Of a stretch of 43,660 nucleotides of DNA, positions 16,574 to 26,256 are shown in pieces. Below the pieces are notes generated by a model, which saw only the letters and a program-made list of their open reading frames with translations, did not search any database and was not told the origin of the DNA. Where the stretch lies: positions 1-43,660 of IMG/VR virus record IMGVR_UViG_3300026863_000031; one strand, 5' to 3'. Position 1 is the stretch's first letter; each line of letters starts with the position of its first letter. A program made the position numbers and the translations under genes. This DNA is from a virus (Duplodnaviria; Caudoviricetes).

Positions 16574-17212
16574 ATGTCCGCGCCTTCCAAGCTGGTCAGC
16601 GTCCGCGAGTTCGCCCGCCTTGATGGCTGCGACGACAAGCTAGTCCGGCGAGCCATCAAGGCGGGAAAACTGCCAGTTTCCGAGGATGGGAAGCTCGACC
16701 CGAGCCTTGCCGGATCCGGCTGGCGCAAGCAAAACCGTCGCGCGCTGGACGGTGCGGACACTGCGAAAATGTCCGCATTGAATGTCCGCAGTGCGCGGAC
16801 GCCGCGCAAGGTGTCCGCACCCACGGCCGAGCAAGCCGACGAAGCCGCCGAGGAGATGTTCTCCGAGGAAATCGAGGGCTTCCTAGATGGCGTGCTGGCC
16901 GGGAACTACGCGGACACCGCCACCGCCGAGCGCGTGAAGGAAAACGCGCTCGCCGCAAAGCATCTGCTCGCCGCCCGCCATGCGGCCGGTCATCTCGTCG
17001 AGATTGAGCAGGCCGAGACGGTGCTGTTCGAGGTAGAGCGCGGGCAGCGCGACGCCTGGATCAACTTCCCCTCGCGGATCGGACCCTTGCTGGCAGCGGA
17101 GCTTGGTGTGGATGCGGACAAGGTCGTGGAGGCCCTGACGGTCCATGTCCATCAGCAGCTCACCGACCTCGGAAACCCTCAAGCCGATTTCACCGCCAAG
17201 CGCGAAGGCTGA
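16574..17212 (+). CDS. Terminase small subunit
   Basis: N-terminal HTH (SVREFARLDGCDDKLVRRAIKAGKL), Nu1-like C-terminus, and overlap with terL. Confidence 0.85.
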   Translation: MSAPSKLVSVREFARLDGCDDKLVRRAIKAGKLPVSEDGKLDPSLAGSGWRKQNRRALDGADTAKMSALNVRSARTPRKVSAPTAEQADEAAEEMFSEEIEGFLDGVLAGNYADTATAERVKENALAAKHLLAARHAAGHLVEIEQAETVLFEVERGQRDAWINFPSRIGPLLAAELGVDADKVVEALTVHVHQQLTDLGNPQADFTAKREG

Positions 17213-19322
17213 TCGACTTCGGGCCGCCGCGCGTCGCGGCTGGGCGCCGCCGCCGCGGATCAGCGTGCCAGACTGGGCCGACGGATCCGATGACCGCCCG
17301 GGACGCATGCTCGCAAAGGAGGCGGGCAGCACGTCGGGCCGCTGGCGCACCAGCACGGTAGAGGTTGCCCGCGGCGCTATGCTCGCGGTCACCGAACCGG
17401 GCGTTCACAAGATCACGCTCATGGTCTGCACGCAGCTCATGAAGACCGCGTTCATCGAGAACACGGTCGGCTACTTCGCCGAACTCGACCCTTGCCCCAT
17501 GATGATCGTGCAGCCGAAGGAGGACGCTGCCGAGAAGTTCTCGAAGGAGCGGATCACACCGCTCATTCGGGCCACGCCTTCGCTCCGCGCTATCTTCGGA
17601 TACGGCAAGTCGAAGACGCGAAACGCCGACGAGACGCTACTCTACAAGGCGTTCCCCGGCGGGTTCCTCGCGCTCGAAGGCGCGGGCAGCCCCGACAACC
17701 TCGCCCGTCGCCCGCTCCGTGTCGCGCTGATGGACGAGTTCGCGAAGTACCCGATCACCCGCGAGGGCAACCCCGGCGATCTGGTTGATGAGCGCATGGC
17801 GACGTTCGCGAACTGGCTGTCGATCCGCACGTCGTCGCCGACGATCGCGGACGAGTGCTTGATCGAGGCGAGCTACAACGAGGGCGACCAGCGGCAAGCG
17901 TCGGTCGTATGTCCGCATTGTCAGCACCGACAGTTCCTTGACTTCTTCAAGCACGTTCATTGGGAGAAGGACGAGGAGAGCGGCGAGCATCGCACGGCCG
18001 GCGCCGCCATCCATTGCGAGGCGTGCGGTGAGGAGTGGTCGGAAGGCCAGCGCCTCCTTTCGCTTCGCACGACGCGCTGGCACCAGACGCGCTCGTTTCA
18101 CTGTTGCGGCAAGCGGCACGATCCGCTCGAACTGTATGACCGCGCCTGGCGCGACCCCGTCGAGGGCGACAATGCGCCCAACCCGGTCGGCATAGTATGG
18201 CAGTGGTGGGCGGCGGATCGCTGGGCGGTGTATCGGGCCATCTGTCCCGATTGCGGCGGGTGGGGGGTGGACAATGAGCACGCGTCCTTCACCGCGTCGA
18301 AGCTGTTCAGCCCTTGGCCCAAGGACGCGCCGCCGAAGATCGCGGCAAAATGGATCGCGGCGAAGGACGATCCCGACAAGCGGGTCACGTTCGACAATAC
18401 GCAGCTCGGCAAGCCGCATAAGCGGCAAGCTTCCAAGGAGGTTGCAGCCGAAGCGTTGGCCCGGCGAGCGGAAATCTGGCCTGGCGATGTTCCTGAAGGG
18501 GTGGGCGTGGTCACCGCTGGCCTCGATACGCAGGATGACCGGGTCGAGATCGAGTATGTCGGCTGGGGTCACGGCGAGGAAAGCTGGTCGATCGATCATG
18601 TCGTCGTGGAAGGCGACCCCGCGACGGAAGATCTGTGGAAGCGCGTCGATCGCGAGCTGCTGAGGACGTTCAAGCGCGCTGATGGGCGCGAGTTCACCGT
18701 GACCGCGGCATGCATCGATTCCGGTGGCCACCACACGCAGGCGGTCTATGCGTTCGCCAAGGCGCGGCTCGGCCGGAATATCTGGGCGATCAAGGGGCAG
18801 AGCGCTCGAAACGGCGAGCGGACGCCCGTTTGGCCGACCGCGAGACCGAGCCGAAAGCACCGGTCCCGCTTCCGGCCCGTCGTAATCGGCACCAACTCGG
18901 CAAAGGATTCGATCCGCAACCGACTTGGGCTCAATGAGCCCGGCCCGGGATACATGCACTTCCCCGCGGACCGCGACCTCGGCTGGTATGTTCAGCTCGT
19001 TGCCGAGCGTCTCATCACCAAAGTCGTCGGGGGGCGGCGGTTCACGGTCTGGGATTTGCCAAAAGGGCGCGCGAATGAAGCGCTCGACTGTCGCGTCTAC
19101 GCCTATGCGGCGCTGATGGGGCTGGCGCACCGTGGAATGAAGCTCAACGCGGTCACCGAGGTCATTTCCACCGCGCCAGAGGCGCCGCGGGCCGCAAAGC
19201 CGAAGGCGACGGACGAAATCGAGCGGCCAAAGCCAGCCGCGAAGCCGCCGCGGGCGGGGAAATCGATGAACTTCGCTGCGCGCAAGGCCCGGGGAAGCTG
19301 GGTGAACCGGAGAAAAAGCTGA
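17145..19322 (+). CDS. Terminase large subunit, lambda gpA family
   Basis: PPPRISVPDWAD, TQLMKT (Walker A), LMDE (Walker B), SSPT, CPHC, GLDTQDDR, CIDSGG, NEALDCRVYA. Confidence 0.96.
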   Translation: MSISSSPTSETLKPISPPSAKADRLRAAARRGWAPPPRISVPDWADGSDDRPGRMLAKEAGSTSGRWRTSTVEVARGAMLAVTEPGVHKITLMVCTQLMKTAFIENTVGYFAELDPCPMMIVQPKEDAAEKFSKERITPLIRATPSLRAIFGYGKSKTRNADETLLYKAFPGGFLALEGAGSPDNLARRPLRVALMDEFAKYPITREGNPGDLVDERMATFANWLSIRTSSPTIADECLIEASYNEGDQRQASVVCPHCQHRQFLDFFKHVHWEKDEESGEHRTAGAAIHCEACGEEWSEGQRLLSLRTTRWHQTRSFHCCGKRHDPLELYDRAWRDPVEGDNAPNPVGIVWQWWAADRWAVYRAICPDCGGWGVDNEHASFTASKLFSPWPKDAPPKIAAKWIAAKDDPDKRVTFDNTQLGKPHKRQASKEVAAEALARRAEIWPGDVPEGVGVVTAGLDTQDDRVEIEYVGWGHGEESWSIDHVVVEGDPATEDLWKRVDRELLRTFKRADGREFTVTAACIDSGGHHTQAVYAFAKARLGRNIWAIKGQSARNGERTPVWPTARPSRKHRSRFRPVVIGTNSAKDSIRNRLGLNEPGPGYMHFPADRDLGWYVQLVAERLITKVVGGRRFTVWDLPKGRANEALDCRVYAYAALMGLAHRGMKLNAVTEVISTAPEAPRAAKPKATDEIERPKPAAKPPRAGKSMNFAARKARGSWVNRRKS

Positions 19323-19537
19323 TGGCCTGGGCACAGTCCGACCTCGACACGCTCCGCGCCGCCGCGGCCAAGGGTGTCCGCAAGGTGACGTTCGCCGATG
19401 GGCGCAGCACCGAATTTCAGGACCTCGGCGATATCATGGCCGCCATCCAAACGGTCTCGGACGAGCTGGCGAAGCAGAACCGCACCGGTCAGCGCCGCCG
19501 GCGCACCACCATCCTGCGCGTCGGGAAGTGCCGATGA
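19322..19537 (+). CDS. gpW-like head-tail joining protein
   Basis: MAWAQSDLDTLRAA...GVRKVTFADGRSTEF, located between terL and portal. Confidence 0.85.
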   Translation: MAWAQSDLDTLRAAAAKGVRKVTFADGRSTEFQDLGDIMAAIQTVSDELAKQNRTGQRRRRTTILRVGKCR

Positions 19538-21057
19538 ACTGGATCGATCGTATCATTGGCCATATCGATCCGGTTCAGGGGCTCCGCCGCGACCGTGCGC
19601 GCCGGGCCTATGAGCGGGCGGTGCCCCCCGCGCCGTCGCGCCGGATGTTCGGCAAGCGCCGTGGCGATTTCGACCTGAACACCGGCAATCCGAACGATGC
19701 GCGGCCGAAGCGGTTCATGTCGCGCCAGGCGGTGCTGAAGCTGGTCGCCGAGAACCCGTTCGCCCGCAAGGCCATGAACGCCCTGCTCAACAGCGTCATC
19801 GGCTGGGGCATCACCGGCGCCCCGGGCGGCACCAAGGCGATGCAGCGCGCGTTCGCTGAGTGGATTAAGGTCTGCGACTACCGGAAGCGGCGCGACTTCT
19901 ATGGGCTGCAGGAGCTTTGGGCGCGACATATGTTCCGCGATGGTGACGTGTTCATCGTCAAGCGCCTGGTTGCCGGGGTGGAGGGCATCCCGCTCCGCCT
20001 TCAGACGCTCGATCGCGGCATGTTGGCGACGCACAAGATCGGCAAGAACATCGAGCGCGGCATCGAGTATGATGACGATGGCGATATTGTCGTCGCCTAT
20101 CACTTCCGGCGAAATCGAAAGGGGTCGAGGGCGTTCTCGCAGGAGACAGTCCGGTTTGCGGCCGAGGATGTCATCCACCTCTTCCATGACGAGTATGTCG
20201 GACAGAGCGAGGGGATCAGCGTCTTCGACAGCGTCGTCAAACGTCTGGGCGACGTCGAGGAGGGCATCGAAGCAGAGGTCGTAAAGGCCAACATTTCGGC
20301 CTGTCTCGTGGGTTTTCGCGTCCGAAAGACGGATGCAAACGCGGACGAAGACGAGAATATCGGCATGCCGGTCGATTCCGATCCGGATCGGCCGCCAGTC
20401 GAGGAGCTTGTGCCCGGCATGGTCGAGACCCTCGACCCGGGCGAAGAAATCCAGTTCTCGAACCCGCCGAAGACCGGCGGTATTGGCGATCTTGCACGGA
20501 TCGCGTTGCTTGCCGGCGCGGCCGGCGTCGGCATCACCTACGAACAGATGACCGGCGACCTCTCGAACGTGAATTTCTCATCGTACAAGGCCGGGGCACT
20601 CGAGTTTAAGCGATCGGTCGGGCGCGTCCAGTACCTGACGCTCATTCCCGTCGCGCTCGATCGCGTTTGGGGCTGGTTTACGATGACCGGCTTCGAGTTC
20701 GGGCACTTCTCGAAGAAGACGGCGCCGATCACCTGGACCCCGCCCCCGTTTGAATCGATCGACCGGATCGGCGACGCGGAAGCGGATATCCTTGAGATGC
20801 AGGCCGGTCTCGAAAGTCGTGACAACCTGCTCGCCGCGCGCGGCTACGACCCGGCGACCCATATGGGGCAGATCAAGGCCGGGATCGACCTTCAGAAGAA
20901 GTATGGCCTCGCCTTCAAAGGCGATCCGTTCGCCCCGGGGCAGATGGCGGCCAGCGCGGACGGTGAGCGCGCAGACGACGCCTTGCCGACGTTCGATCCC
21001 GAAGCCCACGCCCGCGCCGTTGCGCGCCACATCCTGCGAGCCCGCGGGAAAGCCTGA
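19534..21057 (+). CDS. Portal protein, lambda family
   Basis: DFYGLQ...DGDVF, IHLF, GITYEQMTGDLSNVNFSS and position. Confidence 0.95.
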   Translation: MNWIDRIIGHIDPVQGLRRDRARRAYERAVPPAPSRRMFGKRRGDFDLNTGNPNDARPKRFMSRQAVLKLVAENPFARKAMNALLNSVIGWGITGAPGGTKAMQRAFAEWIKVCDYRKRRDFYGLQELWARHMFRDGDVFIVKRLVAGVEGIPLRLQTLDRGMLATHKIGKNIERGIEYDDDGDIVVAYHFRRNRKGSRAFSQETVRFAAEDVIHLFHDEYVGQSEGISVFDSVVKRLGDVEEGIEAEVVKANISACLVGFRVRKTDANADEDENIGMPVDSDPDRPPVEELVPGMVETLDPGEEIQFSNPPKTGGIGDLARIALLAGAAGVGITYEQMTGDLSNVNFSSYKAGALEFKRSVGRVQYLTLIPVALDRVWGWFTMTGFEFGHFSKKTAPITWTPPPFESIDRIGDAEADILEMQAGLESRDNLLAARGYDPATHMGQIKAGIDLQKKYGLAFKGDPFAPGQMAASADGERADDALPTFDPEAHARAVARHILRARGKA

Positions 21058-21068
21058 CAGGAGCGACC

Positions 21069-23234
21069 ATGAAGACCGACACAGCGCCCCCGGCGCCGCA
21101 GACCCCTGCGGACGCCGAAGATCGCACGTCCGCGCTGTTGACCGCGGATGGCAAGAAGCCCCCGCGCGACAAGAAGCGCCACGCGCCCCCCATCAATGAT
21201 GCGATGGGCGGCATCATGACCCGCAATCCGCCGCGCGGCGCCCCCGAAGATGCGGAGCGGCGCCAGCCACAGGTGGGCGGACAGGGTATCCGGTCTCTCG
21301 CCGTCACGCCGGAAACCTACAATGCCGAGACGCGGACGGTGGAGGCGGTGCTGTCCGCCGGGTCGGCGGTGCGGCGCTATTGGTTCACCGAAGAACTGGA
21401 GATCAGCGCCGAGGCGATCGATCTCGGCCGGGTCGATGGCGGCATCTGCCCGCTGCTCGACACGCACAACCAGTACGAGGTCAACGCCGTCATCGGTCGC
21501 ATCCTCTCGGTGCGGATCGAGGACAACAAGCTCATCGGCGTCATTCAGTTCGCCGACGACGAGCGCGGCCGCGAGATCGAGCAGCGCGTGTTGCGCGGCG
21601 AACTGCGCGCCATCTCCATCGGCTACCGCGTCACTAAGTGGGTGATGACGGCGGTCGAAGACGATCACGAGACCTGGCGCGCCGTCGCCTGGGAGTTGCT
21701 GGAAGCCAGCCTCGTACCCGTTCCCGCAGATCCGAACGCCGTGGTTCGGTCAGCACATGGGACCACGCCCCACGGAGCCAACGACGAGGATCAAGACATG
21801 ATTCGTAACCTCCCCGGCGGCGCGGCTCCGGCCGTCCCCGCCACCCCCTCCGTTGCCCCGGCCGCGCCTGCGCCCGAGGCTGTTCGCACCGAACCGGCGC
21901 CTGCTGCGCCCGCAGCCGCGCCGGCCGCTCCCGCATCGACGGACGCCGCTCGCGGTGTGACGGTCGCTGCGATCCGCGAGCAGTGCGCCCGCGCGCCCGA
22001 ACTGGGAGACGCCTTCGCACTCGAGCTGATCGAGGCAAACGAGCGCTCGCCCCTGTCGCATGGCGACCTGATGAGCCGCGTCGCTGACCGGATCATCGGT
22101 GCTCGTGCTCAGCCGACGCTCAACGTCCGTGCCGGTGCGACGCTGACCGACGACGATGAGTATCGCGCGGCGATCGGTGCCGCGGTGATGCTGCGTGCGG
22201 ATCCGACCGTACAGACGTCGCTCGCCGCAGAGGTGGTCGAAGCCGCTCGCGAGTTCCGCGGCATGTCGCTGATGGAGCTGGCGCGCGACTATCTCGGCCG
22301 CACCGGTGTCTCGACGCGCAATATGGGCCGCCTCGAACTGGCCGGCGCTGCGCTCGGAATGCGCTATGGCGCGATGACGACCAGCGATTTCGCGCTGGCC
22401 CTGTCCAACTCGGTCGGCACGCGCATCCGCGCCGCCTACGAGGCGGCACCGCAGACCTTCGGCCCGATCGTGTCGCGCGGTACGCTGCCCGACTTCAAGG
22501 AATCGAAGATCATCGGCCTTGGCGATGCGCCGCAGCTGCTGCTCGTCAAGGAGAACGCAGAGTTCACCTATGGCGCGATCAGCGACACGGGTCAGAGCTA
22601 CTCGCTCCAGACCTACGGTCGCATCGTGGCAATCACCCGCCAGGTCATCATCAATGATGACAAGCGGCTGTTCGGACGCATCCCGACAATGTTCGGCCGC
22701 CGTGGCCGCGAGCTGGAGAGCGATCTCGTCTGGGGTGTGCTGCTCAGCAATCCGACGATGTCGGACGGCAAGGCCCTGTTCCATGCGGACCACGGCAACC
22801 TTGCCGCTGCGGGCGGGGCGATCAACGAGGCGACCGTCGCGGCCGGCGAGGAAGCGATGCTCACGCAGCGCAATCCTGACGGCACGCTCACCCCGGTGCG
22901 CCCGCGCTATCTGGTCGTCGGCCCGAAGAAGAAGGTCGAGGCGCAGAAGTTCCTCACCGCGGTCGTGGCGGCCAAAACCAGCGACGTGAACCCGTTCCCG
23001 GGGACCCTCGAGCTGATCGTCGAGCCGCGCATCACTGGCAACCAGTGGTTCCTCGCCGCCGATCCCGATGAGTTCGACACGATCGAACTGTCGCATCTCG
23101 ACGGCCAGGAGGCGCTGTTCATTGAGACCCAGGTCGGTTTCGACGTGGACGGCGTGAAGACCAAGGCCCGCCTCGATGTCGGCGCCGCCGCGATCGATCA
23201 CTGCGGCTTCTACAAGAACCCCGGCAACAACTGA
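21069..23234 (+). CDS. Prohead protease-scaffold-major capsid fusion protein
   Basis: Protease motifs LLDTH, ISIGY, EASLVPVPAD, then an Ala/Pro linker, then a capsid region (TTSDF, TYGR, ITRQVIINDD, LFHADHGNL). Confidence 0.92.
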   Translation: MKTDTAPPAPQTPADAEDRTSALLTADGKKPPRDKKRHAPPINDAMGGIMTRNPPRGAPEDAERRQPQVGGQGIRSLAVTPETYNAETRTVEAVLSAGSAVRRYWFTEELEISAEAIDLGRVDGGICPLLDTHNQYEVNAVIGRILSVRIEDNKLIGVIQFADDERGREIEQRVLRGELRAISIGYRVTKWVMTAVEDDHETWRAVAWELLEASLVPVPADPNAVVRSAHGTTPHGANDEDQDMIRNLPGGAAPAVPATPSVAPAAPAPEAVRTEPAPAAPAAAPAAPASTDAARGVTVAAIREQCARAPELGDAFALELIEANERSPLSHGDLMSRVADRIIGARAQPTLNVRAGATLTDDDEYRAAIGAAVMLRADPTVQTSLAAEVVEAAREFRGMSLMELARDYLGRTGVSTRNMGRLELAGAALGMRYGAMTTSDFALALSNSVGTRIRAAYEAAPQTFGPIVSRGTLPDFKESKIIGLGDAPQLLLVKENAEFTYGAISDTGQSYSLQTYGRIVAITRQVIINDDKRLFGRIPTMFGRRGRELESDLVWGVLLSNPTMSDGKALFHADHGNLAAAGGAINEATVAAGEEAMLTQRNPDGTLTPVRPRYLVVGPKKKVEAQKFLTAVVAAKTSDVNPFPGTLELIVEPRITGNQWFLAADPDEFDTIELSHLDGQEALFIETQVGFDVDGVKTKARLDVGAAAIDHCGFYKNPGNN

Positions 23235-23260
23235 TCGCCGCAAGCTGAAGGAGACACGAC

Positions 23261-23569
23261 ATGCGCATGTGGGGAATCCAGCTCGCCTCCGCGGCAATGA
23301 TCGCCGGGGCAATCCGCTATCCCGTCGAGGGCGAAATCCCGGTGACTGAGGCCGATGCTGAGCGACTGCTCGAGCAGGGCGTCCTCCACGGGGAGCCTCG
23401 CGATCTGTCCGCGCGCGAGGAGGACGACGAAGACGACGACCTCGATCGCCTGAAGGTCGATGACCTGAAGAAGATCGCCGCCGACGATGGCGTCGACCTG
23501 GGGGACGCGACCACCAAGGCCGCAATCATCTCCGCGATCCGCGCGCACCGCGCGGACGCGGGGGAGTAA
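23261..23569 (+). CDS. Head-associated protein with HeH/Rho-N-like C-terminal motif
   Basis: AAGGAG Shine-Dalgarno. LDRLKVDDLKKIAADDGVDL...TKAAIISAI. Confidence 0.7.
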   Translation: MRMWGIQLASAAMIAGAIRYPVEGEIPVTEADAERLLEQGVLHGEPRDLSAREEDDEDDDLDRLKVDDLKKIAADDGVDLGDATTKAAIISAIRAHRADAGE

Positions 23570-23581
23570 GGAGAAAATCCG

Positions 23582-23908
23582 ATGAAGAACTTCATCCAGC
23601 AGGGCGTCAACCTGTCCTGCATCGCCCCCTATGCGCTCAGCAGCGGGGATGGCTTTCTCGACGGGGTCGAGTTCGCCGTGGCCTCCACCGACGCTGACAT
23701 CGGCGAAGCTGTCGTCGGCGTGACCGAAGGGGTGTTCGCGCTCGAGAAGGCCGCGGTGGCGATCACCCGCAAGACCATCGCCTATTGGGACAACACGGCG
23801 AAGCTGGTCACGAACGTTGCGACCAGCAACACCAAGATCGGCACCTTCCAGGCCGGCGCGCTCAGTGGCGACGCCACCGTCGCCGTGAAGCTGATCCCGA
23901 TCGTCTGA
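23582..23908 (+). CDS. DUF2190 family capsid cement/decoration protein
   Basis: MKNFIQQG...EGVFALEK...YWDNTAKLVT...IG. Confidence 0.9.
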   Translation: MKNFIQQGVNLSCIAPYALSSGDGFLDGVEFAVASTDADIGEAVVGVTEGVFALEKAAVAITRKTIAYWDNTAKLVTNVATSNTKIGTFQAGALSGDATVAVKLIPIV

Positions 23909-23921
23909 GGACCCTCCCGAC

Positions 23922-23955
23922 TGGCGGCTCGGCGAGAACCGGGCCGCCACCTTTT
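23922..23955 (+). terminator. Intrinsic terminator after the head genes
   Basis: TGGCGGCTCGG-CGAGAA-CCGGGCCGCCA followed by CCTTTT. Confidence 0.6.
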
Positions 23956-23967
23956 CCGGAGAGCGAC

Positions 23968-24243
23968 ATGCTCAAGAAAATTGTGCTGCTCGGCGCATCG
24001 ATCGATGCGCTGGGCCGGTTTGCCGACGCCGGGACCGAGCTCGATGTCATCGCCGATGACGGCGCCGGCGCCGCCGATACGATCCGTGCCAGCAAGGCGC
24101 AGGAGCTGATCGACCAGCATCGCGCCGTGTCGAAATCGCAGGCCGACGAGATGGAGAAGCGGGAGGACCCGCCCATCAATCCGAACCCGCCCGTTCTCGA
24201 TCCTTCCGTCGATCCCGAGCCACAGGGCAAGCGGGGCAAGTAA
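23968..24243 (+). CDS. Hypothetical structural protein
   Basis: GGAG Shine-Dalgarno. TAATG coupling with the next gene. Confidence 0.7.
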   Translation: MLKKIVLLGASIDALGRFADAGTELDVIADDGAGAADTIRASKAQELIDQHRAVSKSQADEMEKREDPPINPNPPVLDPSVDPEPQGKRGK

Positions 24244-24563
24244 TGCTCGATCACGAGCGTGACGCTCAGGCGGCGATCCGCGCCGTCTATGGCAGGCCGG
24301 TGGTCTATACGGGCGCCGGCCTCGACGCCGTATCCATCGTCGCCATCCGCTCGGATACGGCGGCGTCGCGCTTTCAGGGCTTCGGCGGCCGTCCCGAGGG
24401 GCTGAGCTTCGAGATCGAGCGACACCTGCTTCCCGATCGCCCCCGCAAGGGCAATCTCATCGTCGAGGCAAACGGCGCGCGCTGGTCCGTCAACGATATC
24501 GACGAATCCGATGAGATCGACAGCTTCATACTGTCGGTCCGCGAGGCGGAGCCCCAGCCATGA
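24243..24563 (+). CDS. Head-tail joining/closure protein (gpFII-like)
   Basis: 106-aa beta-rich ORF in the neck position, with PRKGNLI...W motif. Confidence 0.7.
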   Translation: MLDHERDAQAAIRAVYGRPVVYTGAGLDAVSIVAIRSDTAASRFQGFGGRPEGLSFEIERHLLPDRPRKGNLIVEANGARWSVNDIDESDEIDSFILSVREAEPQP

Positions 24564-25000
24564 CCCCCCTCAAGGCGATCTTCGCCGAGATTGACGCGCG
24601 CCTGGCAGAGGTGGCCGGCGACGAAGGCAGCTACGAGCGCATGCCCTCCGGCGATCCCGACTGCTTTCCCGCTCTCGCGACCTTCGACGATGGCGAAGAA
24701 CCAAGCGAGCATGAGGTCGGCACCACCCGGCTCGACATGTCGATCACGGTGCAGGGCTTCGTCAGCGGGTACGGCGGTGCCGCGACACATGACGCCATGA
24801 TCGACCTTCATGCCGCTTCGGTGAAAGCGCTGTGCGGCGATGTTGGCGGCAATCTCGGCAATCTGGTCGAGAGCATCGAAATCATCGGCCGCCGCCGCGT
24901 GCAGATCGCGGAACTCGCGAAGCACACCCGACTCGGCTTCGAGCAGGACTTCCAGATCTTCTTTTCCACCCGCCGCGGCGACCCGTCGCAGGCCGCATAG
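24560..25000 (+). CDS. Tail terminator-like protein
   Basis: 146-aa ORF immediately before the tail tube gene. Confidence 0.6.
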   Translation: MTPLKAIFAEIDARLAEVAGDEGSYERMPSGDPDCFPALATFDDGEEPSEHEVGTTRLDMSITVQGFVSGYGGAATHDAMIDLHAASVKALCGDVGGNLGNLVESIEIIGRRRVQIAELAKHTRLGFEQDFQIFFSTRRGDPSQAA

Positions 25001-25012
25001 GAGTACGCCCAC

Positions 25013-26245
25013 ATGGACCCTGTCATTCGCCCGGCGAACGGGCTGCTGCTCGTTGCGCTCCAGACCGCGGAGGGTGTTCCCGCGACGCTCGATCCGCTGC
25101 TGCATGCCGTTCCGACCGAATCCGGCTCGTTCACCTACGCGTCGCCGTTTGCGACCGAGGCCTCGAATGAGTCCACGGGCAGCTACGTCGGTAGCGCGCC
25201 CATGGTCATCGGCCAGGAAGTGCCGCTGAGCTTCCGCAGCAAGGTCAAGGGCGCCGGGGCCGGTGTGACCTACACCTCGACAGTGAAGCCGCCGCTTCAC
25301 GCGGTTCTCGCCTGCTGCGGCTGGCGGGGCCAGTTCACCGCCGCCATCGCGGCCGCGGCGCTGTCGGCGGGCACCGCCATGAGCGCGACGCTCGGCACTG
25401 GTTTTGCCGGCACCGCGCAGCTCTACACCGGCATGCCGCTCATCCTGAGTGTAGGCCCCGGCGCAGGGCAGGCGCCGCTCATCACCGACTACACTGCGGG
25501 CAAGGTCGCCACCCTGTCGGACAATTTTACGACGCCGCTCGACAACACGACCGAGGCGGCGATTCCCGCGAACTGGACCTATGCCGGGACGTCGCCGCAC
25601 GATGCCGCGGCGCGCCTGACCGACCACCCGGTTGCGACCGTTGGGTTCTACGAAGACGGGAACCTGCTCCAGTGGATGGATGTTCGCGGCGTTCTCGATT
25701 TCGAGGGCGAGGCGGGCAAGGCCGCGTTTGCCGCCTTCAGCGGCACCGGCACCTATATCGGTGAAACCGTCGCCGCGGTGCCGACCAATGCCGTCGTTGC
25801 GAGCCATTCCGGCCCGATCCTGACCAAGCCGTCCAACGCACCCTCTGCTGCGCTCATCAATCGGGTCGAACTCCCGATCAGCCGCTGGGCGCTGCGCAGC
25901 GGGAGCGCGATGGAGGGAATCGCTGACGCAAACACGCCGAACGGCTTCGGGCCGGGGCAATTGACCGACCGGACGCCGACGTTCGAGGCGGATCCGCTCA
26001 AGACGCTGGTCACGACCCGCGACGCAACGGCCGAAATCGCGGCGATGGCTAACTACCCGATCGCGCTGCGTCACGGCCAGACCGCCGGCAACCGCTGGTC
26101 CCTGCTTTGTGGCCAGGCGCAGCCGACGCAGGCGAACCCCGGCATGCGCGGGAAGCTGCGCTCGCTCGATCAGGTCTGGCAGTGCACGTCGCCCGGCCGG
26201 GACGCGCAGTCGCGCGATCGCGATCGCGTTATCTGCTTCAGCTGA
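25013..26245 (+). CDS. Major tail (tube) protein
   Basis: AGGAG Shine-Dalgarno, Thr/Ala/Gly-rich, upstream of chaperone and tape measure. Confidence 0.75.
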   Translation: MDPVIRPANGLLLVALQTAEGVPATLDPLLHAVPTESGSFTYASPFATEASNESTGSYVGSAPMVIGQEVPLSFRSKVKGAGAGVTYTSTVKPPLHAVLACCGWRGQFTAAIAAAALSAGTAMSATLGTGFAGTAQLYTGMPLILSVGPGAGQAPLITDYTAGKVATLSDNFTTPLDNTTEAAIPANWTYAGTSPHDAAARLTDHPVATVGFYEDGNLLQWMDVRGVLDFEGEAGKAAFAAFSGTGTYIGETVAAVPTNAVVASHSGPILTKPSNAPSAALINRVELPISRWALRSGSAMEGIADANTPNGFGPGQLTDRTPTFEADPLKTLVTTRDATAEIAAMANYPIALRHGQTAGNRWSLLCGQAQPTQANPGMRGKLRSLDQVWQCTSPGRDAQSRDRDRVICFS

Positions 26246-26256
26246 GCGGGGCGGCT

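Noticed and set aside
21820-21950. GC-rich quasi-repeats in the capsid gene
   Set aside because: Explained by the Ala/Pro linker coding sequence.
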